A stretch of 40,812 nt of DNA, taken from the NCBI RefSeq assembly GCF_001194135.2, contig NC_068982.1:173650465-173691276 (forward strand), given 5' to 3'. The DNA comes from Octopus bimaculoides. Lineage: Eukaryota. The position numbers were made by a program, and so were the translations under genes. Under the pieces are notes generated by a model. The model was not told the DNA's origin and searched no databases. It saw nothing but the letters and a program-made list of their open reading frames with translations. The stretch's first letter is position 1; each line of letters opens with the position of its first letter. Positions 12,630-26,134 of the stretch are shown here, one piece after another.

Positions 12630-13115
12630 TTCCTCCACCTACACCTCCTCCTCTTTTCCCTCCACTTCCTCTTCTCCTTCCCCTCCTTCCTCCTTCTCTT
12701 CCTCTTCGTCTTCCTCTTCCTTCTCTTCCTCTTCCCCTTCGTCCACCTCTTCGTCTTCCTACTTTTCTTACTCATCTTCCTCCTTCTGCTTCCTCCTCTG
12801 CTTCCACTTCTTCCTCCTCTTCTTCCTACTCTTCCTCCCATTCTTTTTCCTCCCTTTCTTCCTCCTCCCCTTCTTCTTCCTCCACTTCCTCTTCTCTTCC
12901 TCCTCCCCTTCTTTTCCTCCTCCACCTCTTCCTCTTCTTTCACTTCTTTTCCTCCTTTTCTTCCTCCACTTCCACTTCTCTTCGTCCACTTCCTACTCCC
13001 CTTCTCTTCCTCCTCCCCTTCTCTTCTTCCTCCCCTTCTCTTCCTCCTCCGCTTCTCTTCCTCCTCCCCTTCTCCTCCTCCTCCTCCTCCTCCTCCTCCT
13101 CTTCCCGTTCCATAT

Positions 13116-13172
<57 letters not shown>
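12630..13172. repeat. CT-rich polypyrimidine tract followed by (CAT)n
   Basis: About 480 nt of almost pure C/T triplet repeats, then (ATC)n up to the gap. Confidence 0.95.
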
Positions 13173-14237
13173 NNNNNNNNNNNNNNNNNNNNNNNNNNNN
13201 NNNNNNNNNNNNNNNNNNNNNNNNNNNNNNNNNNNNNNNNNNNNNNNNNNNNNNNNNNNNNNNNNNNNNNNNNNNNNNNNNNNNNNNNNNNNNNNNNNNN
13301 NNNNNNNNNNNNNNNNNNNNNNNNNNNNNNNNNNNNNNNNNNNNNNNNNNNNNNNNNNNNNNNNNNNNNNNNNNNNNNNNNNNNNNNNNNNNNNNNNNNN
13401 NNNNNNNNNNNNNNNNNNNNNNNNNNNNNNNNNNNNNNNNNNNNNNNNNNNNNNNNNNNNNNNNNNNNNNNNNNNNNNNNNNNNNNNNNNNNNNNNNNNN
13501 NNNNNNNNNNNNNNNNNNNNNNNNNNNNNNNNNNNNNNNNNNNNNNNNNNNNNNNNNNNNNNNNNNNNNNNNNNNNNNNNNNNNNNNNNNNNNNNNNNNN
13601 NNNNNNNNNNNNNNNNNNNNNNNNNNNNNNNNNNNNNNNNNNNNNNNNNNNNNNNNNNNNNNNNNNNNNNNNNNNNNNNNNNNNNNNNNNNNNNNNNNNN
13701 NNNNNNNNNNNNNNNNNNNNNNNNNNNNNNNNNNNNNNNNNNNNNNNNNNNNNNNNNNNNNNNNNNNNNNNNNNNNNNNNNNNNNNNNNNNNNNNNNNNN
13801 NNNNNNNNNNNNNNNNNNNNNNNNNNNNNNNNNNNNNNNNNNNNNNNNNNNNNNNNNNNNNNNNNNNNNNNNNNNNNNNNNNNNNNNNNNNNNNNNNNNN
13901 NNNNNNNNNNNNNNNNNNNNNNNNNNNNNNNNNNNNNNNNNNNNNNNNNNNNNNNNNNNNNNNNNNNNNNNNNNNNNNNNNNNNNNNNNNNNNNNNNNNN
14001 NNNNNNNNNNNNNNNNNNNNNNNNNNNNNNNNNNNNNNNNNNNNNNNNNNNNNNNNNNNNNNNNNNNNNNNNNNNNNNNNNNNNNNNNNNNATATATATA
14101 TATACGCACACACACATATACATACACACACACATATATTGTTACTTAATGCTCACTGCTATTACAGACAGATTTATGTCAATGTCTCTGCCGTTATACA
14201 GGACAACATCAACTAGATTCATAAATATCAAATAACA

Positions 14238-14276
<39 letters not shown>

Positions 14277-14879
14277 TTTTTGTGTGTGTGTGTGTGTTTG
14301 TGTGTGTAAATGCATATATATATATATATATCTGAGGAGGGGTGTTGGTATATGTATGAGTTTGTGAACACGTATATGTCCAAGGATTTCTTTGTATTAG
14401 TTGCTAAACTCAACAGATGTCTGCACGTTTGTTGATATGGCGATTGACGACTCTGGAATGTAAAGCAAAAACCATTTTCGTTTGATTTGCACTCAATATA
14501 TAAATGAGTGTATCTAAATACCATAAGACATTTCGTACAATAATTTGTCCTCCCTAAGCTTTGTATTTTCCAAATATTGTATTGTTTTATAATCTGAATT
14601 CAAAGCAAAAGACGGGCAGTAACATAAACCAATGGAACATCTTAATATTCATTTCTAACACAAGTACAAAGCCACAAACTACGAGGCAGTCGTTACAATA
14701 TTTGACTGGAATATATTGTATCGACTTCTGCCGGCTGAAAAACTTCACTCGGCTACGATTTGAAACTTCAGATGTAAACTGACGGAGCTAAATACCATAG
14801 AATATTTTGTCAAGCCCTCTGACAGTTCATCAACCTATCACCGACCTATGCCTGTTAATAAGGATTTATAACATAGGTA

Positions 14880-15250
14880 TAAGATAAACACATTTGGTAA
14901 AGATGTGTTGTCTACTAAATTGATTCAGTACTTCACTGCTAATTATTTTTTCACCCTCGAAAGATGAAAAGCAAATTCGTCTCCGGTGGGGTTTTTGATC
15001 TAAGGATTTAACGAGACGTAACTAAATACTGCAAGGCTTGTGTCTATCACTCCCTTTTTATATGTAATATTATTACTTTACCTCACAGAAACGTGAACTG
15101 ACAGAATTACGGAATTTCTCGTAGCTCGATAAATCCAGAGTTCAAATTTTGCTGAGGCCTGCCTTGCCTTTCATCGTTTCGTGATCGGTAATGTAAAGTA
15201 TCAACCAAGTACTGGGGTAGTTATAAATAACTGTTCCCCTCCTGTTCCCC
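14880..15250. mobile_element. Two old, degenerate family A SINE copies in opposite orientations
   Basis: cgaaagatgaaaagcaaattcg (minus) and gagttcaaattttgctgaggcctgccttgcctttcatcg (plus). Confidence 0.5.
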
Positions 15251-15289
15251 TCCTGTATTAGGAACAGTTTTTTTATACAGCTCATATTG

Positions 15290-15503
15290 CAGGGTGGTGA
15301 GCTGGCAGAATCGTTAGCACACCAGGCAAAATGTTTAGCGTCATTTTATCTGTCTTTATGATCTGAGTTCAAATTCCATCAAGGTCGACTTTGCCTTTCA
15401 TCCTTTTGGGAACGATAAAATAAGTACCAGCTGAGCACTGGGGTCGATCTAAACCATTTAATCCCACCCCAAAACCGCTGGCCTTGTGCCACAATTTGAA
15501 ACT
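15290..15503 (+). mobile_element. SINE family A, full length, tail type 3
   Basis: gagctggcagaatcgttagcac..gagttcaaattcc..gcctttcatcc..aagtaccag..ggccttgtgccacaatttgaaac. Confidence 0.85.
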
Positions 15504-18500
15504 TAATATACCTTGTACGGCAAGAAATATCGCTAAGAGAAAAGACAGAACTATTTTTATAAAATTCTGACGTATTTACATAGCATAATCAGTAGAGAGC
15601 AAGACAGAATGTCTTGCTATCGTTTGTTCGTTGTTTTATGTTCAGTGTTTAAATATTCCCAAGATTAACGTCACCGTTTATCCTTCAGTTGTCGAAGTAC
15701 ATATCAATTATTGGGGTAAATACGGTTGAGAATACGTCTTCTCCAAAGTTGTTGCTTTGTGCTTAAATTAGAAACCAGTATATGCTGAAGTATTTGCTTT
15801 TCCTTTGCAAGAGAAAGTGCTGCTAATAACGTGATAGACATGGAGATATTTTGTAAGCAACAACGAAAAATAGCAAGATATGAACTGTTCACATGGTGTG
15901 AAAATTTAAATCAACAAGAAAGGATTATCGCAGCTATTGCTTAATCCCAGGAAAGTTGCGATTCGTCAGACTTATAAGCAAAGGCGTTCTAGCGGTGACC
16001 ATCCTTCTTAAAGCACAGTAGACCATATTATCCATATGGAGATATCAAGTGGTATGTTTGAATTGTTTGTTTCAAGAAATGAGAAGTGATTAAACAATGA
16101 GAGTATATCGATCCTTGCTCGGAACTGATAAAATTCATGAATTTATTGGATTTAGTCGACTGAATAAGCTACACTACAAATCTGCTACTTATTTCGTCTG
16201 GGGTAATTTTAGTAGACTGGAACTCAGAAACTTGAAAGACGAAACTAAATACCAAATTATTTTCAAATCACCAATCCTGTCTACCGTTTCTTGTTTTTCG
16301 ACGCCTTGAAAATGGAACGAGTGTATATTGGCCTCATTTCAAAGAAAAATGTTCTCTCAATGCATTGACATTCGCATTCGCCTTTTGCAACTCACACAGC
16401 AATGCAACGAGAAGAAAACTTTAAGTTGGAAACTTCATGTCTTCTCTGTTTTGACAGTCCTTTCACCAGCTTCCACTCGTTCAAATGCTTAGAATTGAGT
16501 AGTTGCTATTTGTCTAAAGCCTAATACTTGTTACTAACATAGTGAATCTAAACAAGTGATATAAGCTTCAGACAGCAGTGTTCTCGAGATTTCAGGATCA
16601 TATGTATGCGGTAACAGCCATTTGTTTTCACATATATATTACTACAGTAGGATTAAGTATTATACTAATTCTAGTTAAACCAGCTACACATTCAATCGGT
16701 AACAGAGATAATGATATACAACATACACAGTATGCAAAATCACACATAAACAAATATATACAGGCGCACACTCAAATATAAAACTCTACCAATCTCCCTT
16801 CCACTTCTTTCTTCTCAATAGTTCTCTCTCTCTCGCTCTCTCCCCTCTCTCTCTTCCTCTCTCTCTCTTCCTCTCTCTCCTTATTTAAGAAACTAGTTTA
16901 ATCTAATTTACTTCCTAAACAATCGTAGTTAAAATTAGTTGCCGAAAGCAAAACTACTTAACTTGACATCATTAACTAGCATACTAATTAATACTTTTAA
17001 ATCTGTTTAACATGTAAATAACCGATGTAGTATAGAAATGCGCAAGATTGTTAATCTATTGTTAAATAAAGTAAACACGTTGTCGCTCGACTTGCAAGAA
17101 ATAACAGCCTAACTTCCTTCAAATCACTCTCTATCGTCTAAAAAATGAAGGACATACAAGATTATGTTTTTCTGATACACTACATGTGGATAAAAAGGAG
17201 ATGATGAGCGTGATTGGAGCGCCTATAACATATGGATCTACTGGGAAGGTTTCATCTGTTACTAAGCATCAACTTAGCGAATTTTTAATCTTTCTGAACT
17301 ACTTAATGTAAAAAGTCAATGCTTCCTGCAAAACTTTCACCTGAAATTGACTTTGCTAAGTGATAACCAATAAAGGATATGTTGGAGTAGGTTCCTCTTC
17401 AGAATGTGAGATGGTAAATCACTCTAGATCATATAACTTGGTTGAGGAACCATTGGCGAGGAAAGTGAGAAGATGGTCCAGCATGGATTTCCCTTCTTTT
17501 TCTTGGTATTGATGATCATAAAAGTGAATTGTGGTTGTGGAAACTATAACCATATGGTTAAGAATTCGCTTTACAATGAGAAGGTTTCCAGTTCAGTCCT
17601 ATTGGGCTGTGCCCTCCACCACACAACTTTGGATTGACATAAGCATTATGAATAAAATTGAATAGATAAATGCTGCGTGGTTTCCTTTCAGATGGATTGT
17701 ACGTCTTTATGTGATAGATTTGATCGGGACTTAGTTGAACTGTAGCAATTTTCCTTTCTTTGCATTTAGCGGTATCTACTCCATTGCAAGTAATCAGATC
17801 CTGATCTTAGAATAACCAAATATTTTGATATATCACTTCCTACTGTAGCAACCTGTCAGTGGTAGCTTCTTCCACCCTTTCACCCATCAGATTCAGAAGC
17901 CAAGTAAAAGACCACAGATACTACAGAAACCCTCTAACTATTCCTTTAAATCAATCGGTAATGACCCGTCTTATGACATCCTCTACGGAATCCATCCTAG
18001 CCGCTACCTTTTCTTTTCTTTTTTTTTCTATTTTGAGGATGTACTGTAAGACTTTTCAAATCATTAATACAGTGTGCATCGTTTTGTAAAATAAATACAG
18101 CTGATAATAGTTTATGCTCTGTTTCCTTTATGAACCAGGGCGCATCATATTGAGCTTAATCCCTGCACCTTATATAGAACGAGATATTTCTCTAAACAAT
18201 GTGGCTACGTTCAAATGACAATATGCGCACTTACTTAAAACCTGTTATCACCGGTTAATAGATCATACTCATGTGTTTCATTCTATCTTTTCTATGTCAG
18301 CCATCGCTTTCTCATTCTAAATTATTGATTTGTTTTGACGGAAATAAGGTATTTTATCACACATCCGTGACACATTCACCGTGTTCTCTTCCAGTGGAGA
18401 CATTGAATTTACATTTTAAATTATCGATTAGTGTTGCAGGAATGTCATATCTGAAATGAATTACAATTTCAAAAACGAAACAGTATTGAGAATGAGTAAA

Positions 18501-19459
18501 AAAGAAAAATAATTTCACTCATCTAAATTTAATCATGTTTTAAAAAATCACATTTAATAACAAACAAGCATTCGGGAATGAAACGAGGAAAAGATTTAAA
18601 ATTAGAAAAAAATAGAAGACTCATAATTATTAACAGGTTTCACAGAAATTGAAAATATGTAAGCCTGGCAAACTGGATTTGGAAAATTTTCTCATCCTCT
18701 ACTCGTTATCAAGGATCTTCTTCCCGACACTACAATGAGTTTCACGCTTCCGTTTTTCAGCGCGATTATTGTTCAGTAGAGACAGCCAAAATGATATAAG
18801 GTATACAGTCCTGGTCGATGATAAGATAAAAGGATGAGATAAGTAAAAAAAAGCATATGTAAATATAGTGCTTATTAGAAATATAATATTTCTAAATCTC
18901 TCAGAGAGATTTAAGCAGTAGTGGAGCGATAAAGTTGTAGTATATTGTCAACTTAATGTGACAATCCCAATAAGGGAACACACTACTGCCGTTTAGCCCT
19001 AGGAAGCTGGACCGCTTCCTGTCGGCCTTGACACAATTACTGTGTCCTTAAGTTTGCGAGGGGGAGACAAGCTCCTCCACCCAGCCTAGCCAGCATTCAG
19101 GGACATGTTTCTGAGTCTTTGCTTGTCATCAGCTTATTGTTTATAAAAAATAATCGAGAATACCGTTACTGATATGTAACGTTCAACGGCACAAAGAGGC
19201 AATTCATATGTGAATAAATAAAATTAATTCAATTTAGACACACATATGTAAAAATATGCATACAAGCTTTTCAATTTATATGCTCATATGAATTCATAAC
19301 AAGGTGTTAACCATAAATTCCTTAGCAGCTCCAGTTATTACTTATACCTTCAATGTGTTGAACTGGAATATCAATGAAATAAAGAAAAGAAAATTGATTA
19401 GAAAACTTTTAAGCTGCTGACTTGTAACAAGATGTACCACACAGAGAAAAGAGATATGA

Positions 19460-20370
19460 ACAATTGGTTGGTAGGAGGGAGCAGAAACTTCTCCATAGCA
19501 AATGTGTAACCCGCAGCAAACAAGGTGTTGTTGAACAGAAGCACGCCCATCAGTGGCTAGAAAGCTCAATGCTAAAGGTAAAGTGCAAAGGCTTCATCTT
19601 AGCTGCTCAAGATCAACGCCTATTGACCCGGAACTATCAAGACAATGTGATGAAACATGGAGTAGATCTAAAACGTCGATGTGACTGAAACAGTGAACCC
19701 ACCAGCGGAGTATGAATCAAAGCATGTCAGAGTTGGCCAAAGTTTAAATTGTTTAAATTGTCGGCAGTTTTGATTTTATAATCACCACCCTGGGGTTGTA
19801 AATGAAGAAGAAAATATAATGATTCTTTGGGACTTTCCAGTACATACAGACCGAACCATCAAAACTAATAAACATTATGTTGTGAAAGACCAAAGCAATA
19901 AAGTTTGTTTATTGATTGACATGAGAATTTGTTGTGATAATAATATCTCGGTAAAAGAATTTGACAAGCTCAAAAAATATAAAGATTCGCTCATAGAAAC
20001 TGAAAAAAAAAAAAAATGTGGCATCTCAAAGCAGTTACAATACCAATGATTATAGAAGCACTTGGAATGATAAAAAAAGGAACTGAAAATTATTTGAGAA
20101 TGATCCCTGGCTTACCATGCCTGCAAGAAATGCAAAAGATTGTTTTAACTGGTAAGTCACATGTATTGAGAACAATTATTACCTATGTATTTTTATATTT
20201 TCATTTCTTATTTACTTTTTTCACATAACTTCATTTCATTTTGAAAATGAACAACATGGTGTGTTTAGTTTAATGGCCTATCAATGAGTTTCTTTGTCCT
20301 TGCAATCAGGAAGACCTTCGGCAAGAAATCAAAATTGAAAGACGAAAAACTCAAACTAATAATATCAGAA
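19460..20370 (+). mobile_element. Decayed R4/Dong-type LINE 3' portion (post-RT region, degenerate zinc knuckle, RLE, 3' UTR)
   Basis: Three consecutive ORF pieces: HQWLESSMLKVKCKGFILAAQDQRLLTRNY (19464-19688), ILWDFPVHTDRTIKTN..VCLLIDM..CDNNISVKEFDKLKKYKD (19819-20049) and MWHLKAVTIPMIIEALGMIKKG..IPGLPCLQEMQKIVLTG..HVLR (20016-20228). Homologous to the 4200 fragment; broken by stops and frameshifts. Confidence 0.85.
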
Positions 20371-20499
20371 ACGAAAAGAGAACATGGTACTGTAGGCTGC
20401 AGGTAGCAAGCTCTCTACACAAGCATGATTCCAGGAGTTCCAACAAAACCTCATTTTTCTTTCTTCTTTCTATCCTCTGTCTTTCTTCCCCATTTTTTT

Positions 20500-20680
20500 C
20501 TATCACATGACTTTGTAAATGAAAAATCTGGTGTGTTTATTTTGATGGCCTACCAATGTATACTGTGAGTTTCTTTGCCCTAGTTGTTGGGTAGACACTC
20601 GGCAAGAAAGAGAAACAAAATTGAAAGAAAAATATAATAATAAAAGTAATAATATAAAACAAGTTACAATAGTTATTACA
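20500..20680 (+). mobile_element. Second, diverged copy of the R4/Dong-type 3' UTR ending in TAA-rich tail
   Basis: ggtgtgtttattttgatggcctaccaatg..gagtttctttgccct..ctcggcaagaaa..caaaattgaaaga matches 20258-20345 (ggtgtgtttagtttaatggcctatcaatgagtttctttgtcct..ttcggcaagaaatcaaaattgaaaga). Confidence 0.6.
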
Positions 20681-21202
20681 ACAATCTTGTATATTTTTAA
20701 TGCCACGTGGGGAAACAATGACTAATTGCAGAAACAGTAGACAGTTTGAAGATCGAGGGAAAGAAAAAAAAGCTATAAATTAGATGAAGTGGAAAATATA
20801 AATCATATAGAAAAATTTCGATTTGTAATGGCATATATTTATAAAAGGTAACAACTACAATGATAATGTCTTTAGACTTGATAGAAACAGAAACGTCTCT
20901 TTTTATTCTTCAGAAGTTAATACCTACACTGTGCATAGAAATACGAAGAACAGCAGCGATAAGAACGTGGAGTAAAACCACAATAAAAAAAAAACAAGAA
21001 ACATATAAACACTAAGATTGCTCACATGCCTTATTTATAATGAAAATTCACTGTAAATAAGGTATGAACGTTAACACAAACAACAACAAAAATAGTAGCA
21101 GTAACAAGAACATCGATAAGAACGATGTAAGCAAACATAGAAAATTAATAACAATGAGGATAACGATAAGGATACATCATCAAATGGATACCACGTACAG
21201 TA

Positions 21203-21590
21203 TATATTGTGTTGGCACTCCGTCGCTTACGACGTTGAGGGTTCCAGTTGATCCGATCAACGGAACAGCCTGCTCGTGAAATTAACGTGCAAGTGGCTGA
21301 GCACTCCACAGACACGTGTACCCTTAACGTAGTTCTCGGGGATATTCAGCGTGACACAGTGTGACAAGGCTGGCCCCTTTGAAATACAGGTACAACAGAA
21401 ACAAGAAGATAGAGTGAGAGAAAGTTGTGGTGGAAGAGTACAGCAGGGTTCGCCACCATCCCCTGTTGGAGCCTCGTAGAGCTTTAGGTGTTTTCGCTCA
21501 ATAAACACTCACAACGCCCGGTCTGGGAATCGAAACCGCGATCCTATGACCGCGAGTCCGCTGCCCTAACCACTGGGCCATTTCGCCTCC
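21203..21590 (-). mobile_element. Full-length tRNA-derived SINE (family C) with perfect 13-bp TSD
   Basis: The minus-strand head ggaggcgaaaTGGCCCAGTGGttagggcagcggac..GGTTTCGATTCCC carries Pol III A and B boxes. The TSD ACCACGTACAGTA lies at 21190-21202 and 21591-21603. Confidence 0.9.
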
Positions 21591-21646
21591 ACCACGTACA
21601 GTAACATCAATATTAACAACAAAGACAATAACAACAAAGGCAACAA

Positions 21647-21682
<36 letters not shown>

Positions 21683-23443
21683 AACAAAAGTATGACAGCG
21701 AAGAAAACAGCAAAAATGGAGTAGAAACAAAAACTGTGAAAGGGACAATATAAAGCGTGAAACTAATAAAGAATTAAAAGAGAAAGTGTTCGCGAAACCA
21801 ACCGCAAAAATGCAGGACGGTTGACGAAATAAATCAAGAAACGACAAAAATAACAATCAGCATAAATAACACCAAAATATCCGAATGATAATATATAACA
21901 TTAATTATAATAGTTCATTAAACTTTTTTTATTAGTTATAACAGACTTGACGTAATAACAGAAAAAATTTTTACTCCATCTTTTATCAACAAAAAAAATA
22001 ATAAAGTAGAGCAAATTGCGTCCATAAATGGTGAATTATGTTTTTATTGCCTATACATTTTATTTTGTTATTTTGTTTTTTTAAAAAAGACATCTTTTAT
22101 TTTCGTTCATTTTCTGTCCAGCTACCATCACCGCATCACACATCTCAATAACACACACACACATCTCAAGATTCTGTCCTTCATTTTCTTTTTTTCCTCT
22201 CGAAAGCTTCCATTGATGATAGTTATTGAACTATTATGAACTGAAATTTACAACTAACTATAAAGGAATTACAAATATATTGCATTTTTTTTTCTTTTTT
22301 GTTTACATAAAAACAAAACTAAACAACGACAAATTGTTTAGTTGACGAGATTATTGACAACAAAATAGATGACAGCATGCTGTCTAATCTCTATATTATG
22401 GCTCATTGTAACCAATGGACATTGCAAGCAAATTTAAATCTAATTATATAGCTTTTTTCCCTCTCTGTCTCTCTCTCTCTCTCCCCTCCTCTTTCTCTCT
22501 TTCTCTCTTTCTCTGTCTCTTTTGCTTCCTTACGTACATACACATGCATTTCACTTAGAGCTTTCACTTTTTCGTTTTGATTTTATGTTATTTGTATGCA
22601 AAATGTTTTTGGTTTACTTTAGCTCTTTTCATTGAGGAAAGTGATCTATTGCATATATATATGTATATATATATACATATATATANNNNNNNNNNNNNNN
22701 NNNNNNNNNNNNNNNNNNNNNNNNNNNNNNNNNNNNNNNNNNNNNNNNNNNNNNNNNNNNNNNNNNNNNNNNNNNNNNNNNNNNNNNNNNNNNNNNNNNN
22801 NNNNNNNNNNNNNNNNNNNNNNNNNNNNNNNNNNNNNNNNNNNNNNNNNNNNNNNNNNNNNNNNNNNNNNNNNNNNNNNNNNNNNNNNNNNNNNNNNNNN
22901 NNNNNNNNNNNNNNNNNNNNNNNNNNNNNNNNNNNNNNNNNNNNNNNNNNNNNNNNNNNNNNNNNNNNNNNNNNNNNNNNNNNNNNNNNNNNNNNNNNNN
23001 NNNNNNNNNNNNNNNNNNNNNNNNNNNNNNNNNNNNNNNNNNNNNNNNNNNNNNNNNNNNNNNNNNNNNNNNNNNNNNNNNNNNNNNNNNNNNNNNNNNN
23101 NNNNNNNNNNNNNNNNNNNNNNNNNNNNNNNNNNNNNNNNNNNNNNNNNNNNNNNNNNNNNNNNNNNNNNNNNNNNNNNNNNNNNNNNNNNNNNNNNNNN
23201 NNNNNNNNNNNNNNNNNNNNNNNNNNNNNNNNNNNNNNNNNNNNNNNNNNNNNNNNNNNNNNNNNNNNNNNNNNNNNNNNNNNNNNNNNNNNNNNNNNNN
23301 NNNNNNNNNNNNNNNNNNNNNNNNNNNNNNNNNNNNNNNNNNNNNNNNNNNNNNNNNNNNNNNNNNNNNNNNNNNNNNNNNNNNNNNNNNNNNNNNNNNN
23401 NNNNNNNNNNNNNNNNNNNNNNNNNNNNNNNNNNNNNNNNNNN

Positions 23444-23502
<59 letters not shown>

Positions 23503-23519
23503 AGTGTGTGCGTGCAGGC

Positions 23520-23710
23520 GCCCGTGCGTGTGACTTTGTATTTGCATTCGTCACACACTACTGCTTGACAACCGTTGATGGTTTGTTTACACCCCTGTTC
23601 GGCAAAATAAGTAGCAAGCTTACAAAAATAATGGCGTCGATTCGTTCGACTGAAATCTCTTCAAGGCGGTGCCCCAGCATGGCTGTGGCCTAATTATTGA
23701 AACAAGTACA
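23520..23710 (+). mobile_element. SINE family B, diverged 3' half (5' half probably in the gap)
   Basis: gcttgacaaccg..gttcggcaaaa..gttcgact..aaggcggtgccccagcatggc matches the family B tail. Confidence 0.7.
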
Positions 23711-23889
23711 TATATATATATATATATATACATATATATATTATAAACCCCAGGTAGACACAATATATTCAATCAACAACATCAAGGTATTGCGTACTGT
23801 GAGACATCTTAAACAATAATGATAGTCACGAAATTGACAGCAGGGAATCAAATATTAGGAGAGGGGAAAATCAGGAGGGGACTCTTCGA

Positions 23890-24440
23890 GGTCTGAAATT
23901 TGGAGGGAGGGGACTAGTCGATAACATCGACTCCGGTGATTCACTGGTACTTAATTTATCAACTCCGAAAGGATGAAAGGTAAAGTCGACCTCGGCGGAA
24001 TTTGAACTCAACGTACCGACAGGTGAAATACCTATTTCGTTATTGCCCACAAGGGGCTAAACATAGAGGGAACAAACAAGAACAGACGAACGGATTAAGT
24101 CGATTACATCTACCCCAGTGCGTAACTGGTACTTAATTTATCGACCCCGAAAGTATGAAAGGCAAAGTCGACCTCGGCGGAATTTGAACTCAGAACGTAA
24201 CGGCAGACGAAATACCGCTAAGCATTTCGCCCGGCGTGCTAATGATTCTGCCAGTTCGCCTCCTTAATAATAACAATCCTTTCTACTGGGAGCACAAAAC
24301 CTTGTAGGGTGGGGACTAGTCGATTATATCGACTCCGAAAGGATGAAAGGCAAAGTCTTTGTCGGCGGAATTTGAACTCAGTGTTAAGACGGGCGAAATA
24401 CTGCTAAGCATTTCGCCCAGCATGCGAACGATTCTGCCTG
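23890..24440 (-). mobile_element. Cluster of three adjacent family A SINEs, all on the minus strand
   Basis: Three occurrences of gaaag(g/t)atgaaagg(c/t)aaagtc..cggcggaatttgaactca; the middle copy (24034-24265) is full length with tail type 1. Confidence 0.85.
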
Positions 24441-26134
24441 CGAATGTTCATGTCAAATACTGCATCTGTAATATCTATGTGTTTCAGACATGAACGACTG
24501 GTCCTTTAATTATTTGCATGAATTGGGGACTTCATAAAGTGTATCTTGTCATTTTGAAGACGACAGGGTGCTATTTGAGAGAGATTTCGTTGATATTTCT
24601 AATAGCTCAAACGATCAAGAAGCTCTTCCGCTGACTCCTGTAGTTTAACTATTGTGAATGGTGCTATTGTTAATGCTACTTGGATTCGAGATTAATCCTG
24701 ATAGAAGAAACCTCTAATTCAAGGCATTGCGGCCATGAATATTCAGTCTTTTGAGGAGTACAGAGAATTTATATTTCCGTCTTGCTTTTAACAAGATGAC
24801 ATCAAGGGATTTTAGTGGGTTTGCCTGTTATTTCTATGTGACTATTCAGTGACTTCTTCGTGATGTTTTTTACTTCCTTTTTTTTTTTTTTCGGCAATGC
24901 TGGACTTTATGCTTGTGGTAATGATCGAGTGCTTAGTCTCAAGCTGCGATTGATTGCCTTCTGTTGATTCCGCTGCTTTTAGGATCTCCACCCCACTAAT
25001 AGAGAATAAACCACGGTGACTTCCCGCTACCTACTTCAAATCCACAGACGAAATGAATTTCAGCACTGTAATCTAATCAAATACTCTATAAGAGGTCACT
25101 ATAACTCACAGTGGTTGATCATTGCTTATTTCTGATATCTACTCCCAAGTGGCTTGAAATCATACAATGGAAGGTTATTATCTTAGTGTTAATAGAGGAA
25201 GAAGAATCATATTTTCTTCAACATACTGTACAAAAACAGTGTACATATACTTTAGTCTATTATGTTTTCTATACAAGAATGGGTAAAAGTTCGTAGCAAC
25301 GATAAATCTGCGACACGATTTCAGTTCTTTGATTAAAAACTACTTTACTCAACATGTTATATCTGCGATTGTTATCGCTTGTAGTCTGGAGAGAAATATG
25401 TCTAAGAGAATACAACCTCTGCCGAGTTGTTTTCAGTTTAATAACACACTTTAACTAAATACTTAGAATTGTTCAAAATATCTGACATAAATTACGCGAC
25501 AATATTCTTAATTCAGTGTCTTATTTTGTGTCATAGTTGGTAATGGAATCTGTTAATCAACAAAACTGAAAGCAACATAACAAAACGTTTGACAATCTAA
25601 TGAGTTCATTGTCAAAGGTCTCATCTATAAGAACGTGTGTTCTTATAATTGAAACTTTTGATAATGAACAGTTTGTTGTCTTTTTTCCACGCAAGAAATT
25701 GAACATGTCACTTTTTATCTACAAAATACCTACTAGTGCTTACTGTACGAGGTGATACATAGTATAATTTTAATTTAATATCATTACAGGCGAATGCCAT
25801 TTAGTAGCAAAATATTTTATTCTGTCCATTAACAATTATCACTTAAATTTTACTTAGTAAATCCTTTTATTACTTACTTTTTACCTTGTAAATCCTAAAT
25901 TAATAATTCTTTGCCACAATCTTTTAAAAACCTCTACCTTGTTTCGATAAGTCTGGAAACATTTATATTTGTTATCACACTAAATCTTAGGTAAATGTCA
26001 CTGATAAAGTTGCTATCCATCTAGCTTTCATAGGTGAATTATTATCTAATATAACAAACCAACAAAACCGAAAACAACGTATGCTTGTTACTTTATTTTT
26101 TAATGAAGAGTCAACGAAACGTACTTAAAATATT

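Noticed and set aside
12596-12989. Arg/Lys/Glu-rich ORFs resembling protamine or nucleolar proteins
   Set aside because: These are the reverse translation of a CT-rich simple repeat; all frames are open for compositional reasons.
17560-17810. About 80 stop-free codons on the minus strand (DLITCNGVDTAKCKERK..)
   Set aside because: No convincing splice sites or start, the distal part overlaps a decayed SINE head, and no family is recognisable.
21520-21592. tRNA-like sequence
   Set aside because: It is the SINE head; there is no complete cloverleaf and it continues into the SINE body within a TSD.
23860-24440. Recurrent 30-40 nt near-identical segments that could suggest a CRISPR-like array
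   Set aside because: They are parts of adjacent SINE copies with homologous, not unique, spacers in eukaryotic DNA.
25626-25647. 9-bp hairpin (also a 10-11 bp hairpin near 9080)
   Set aside because: Expected by chance in 40 kb of AT-rich DNA.
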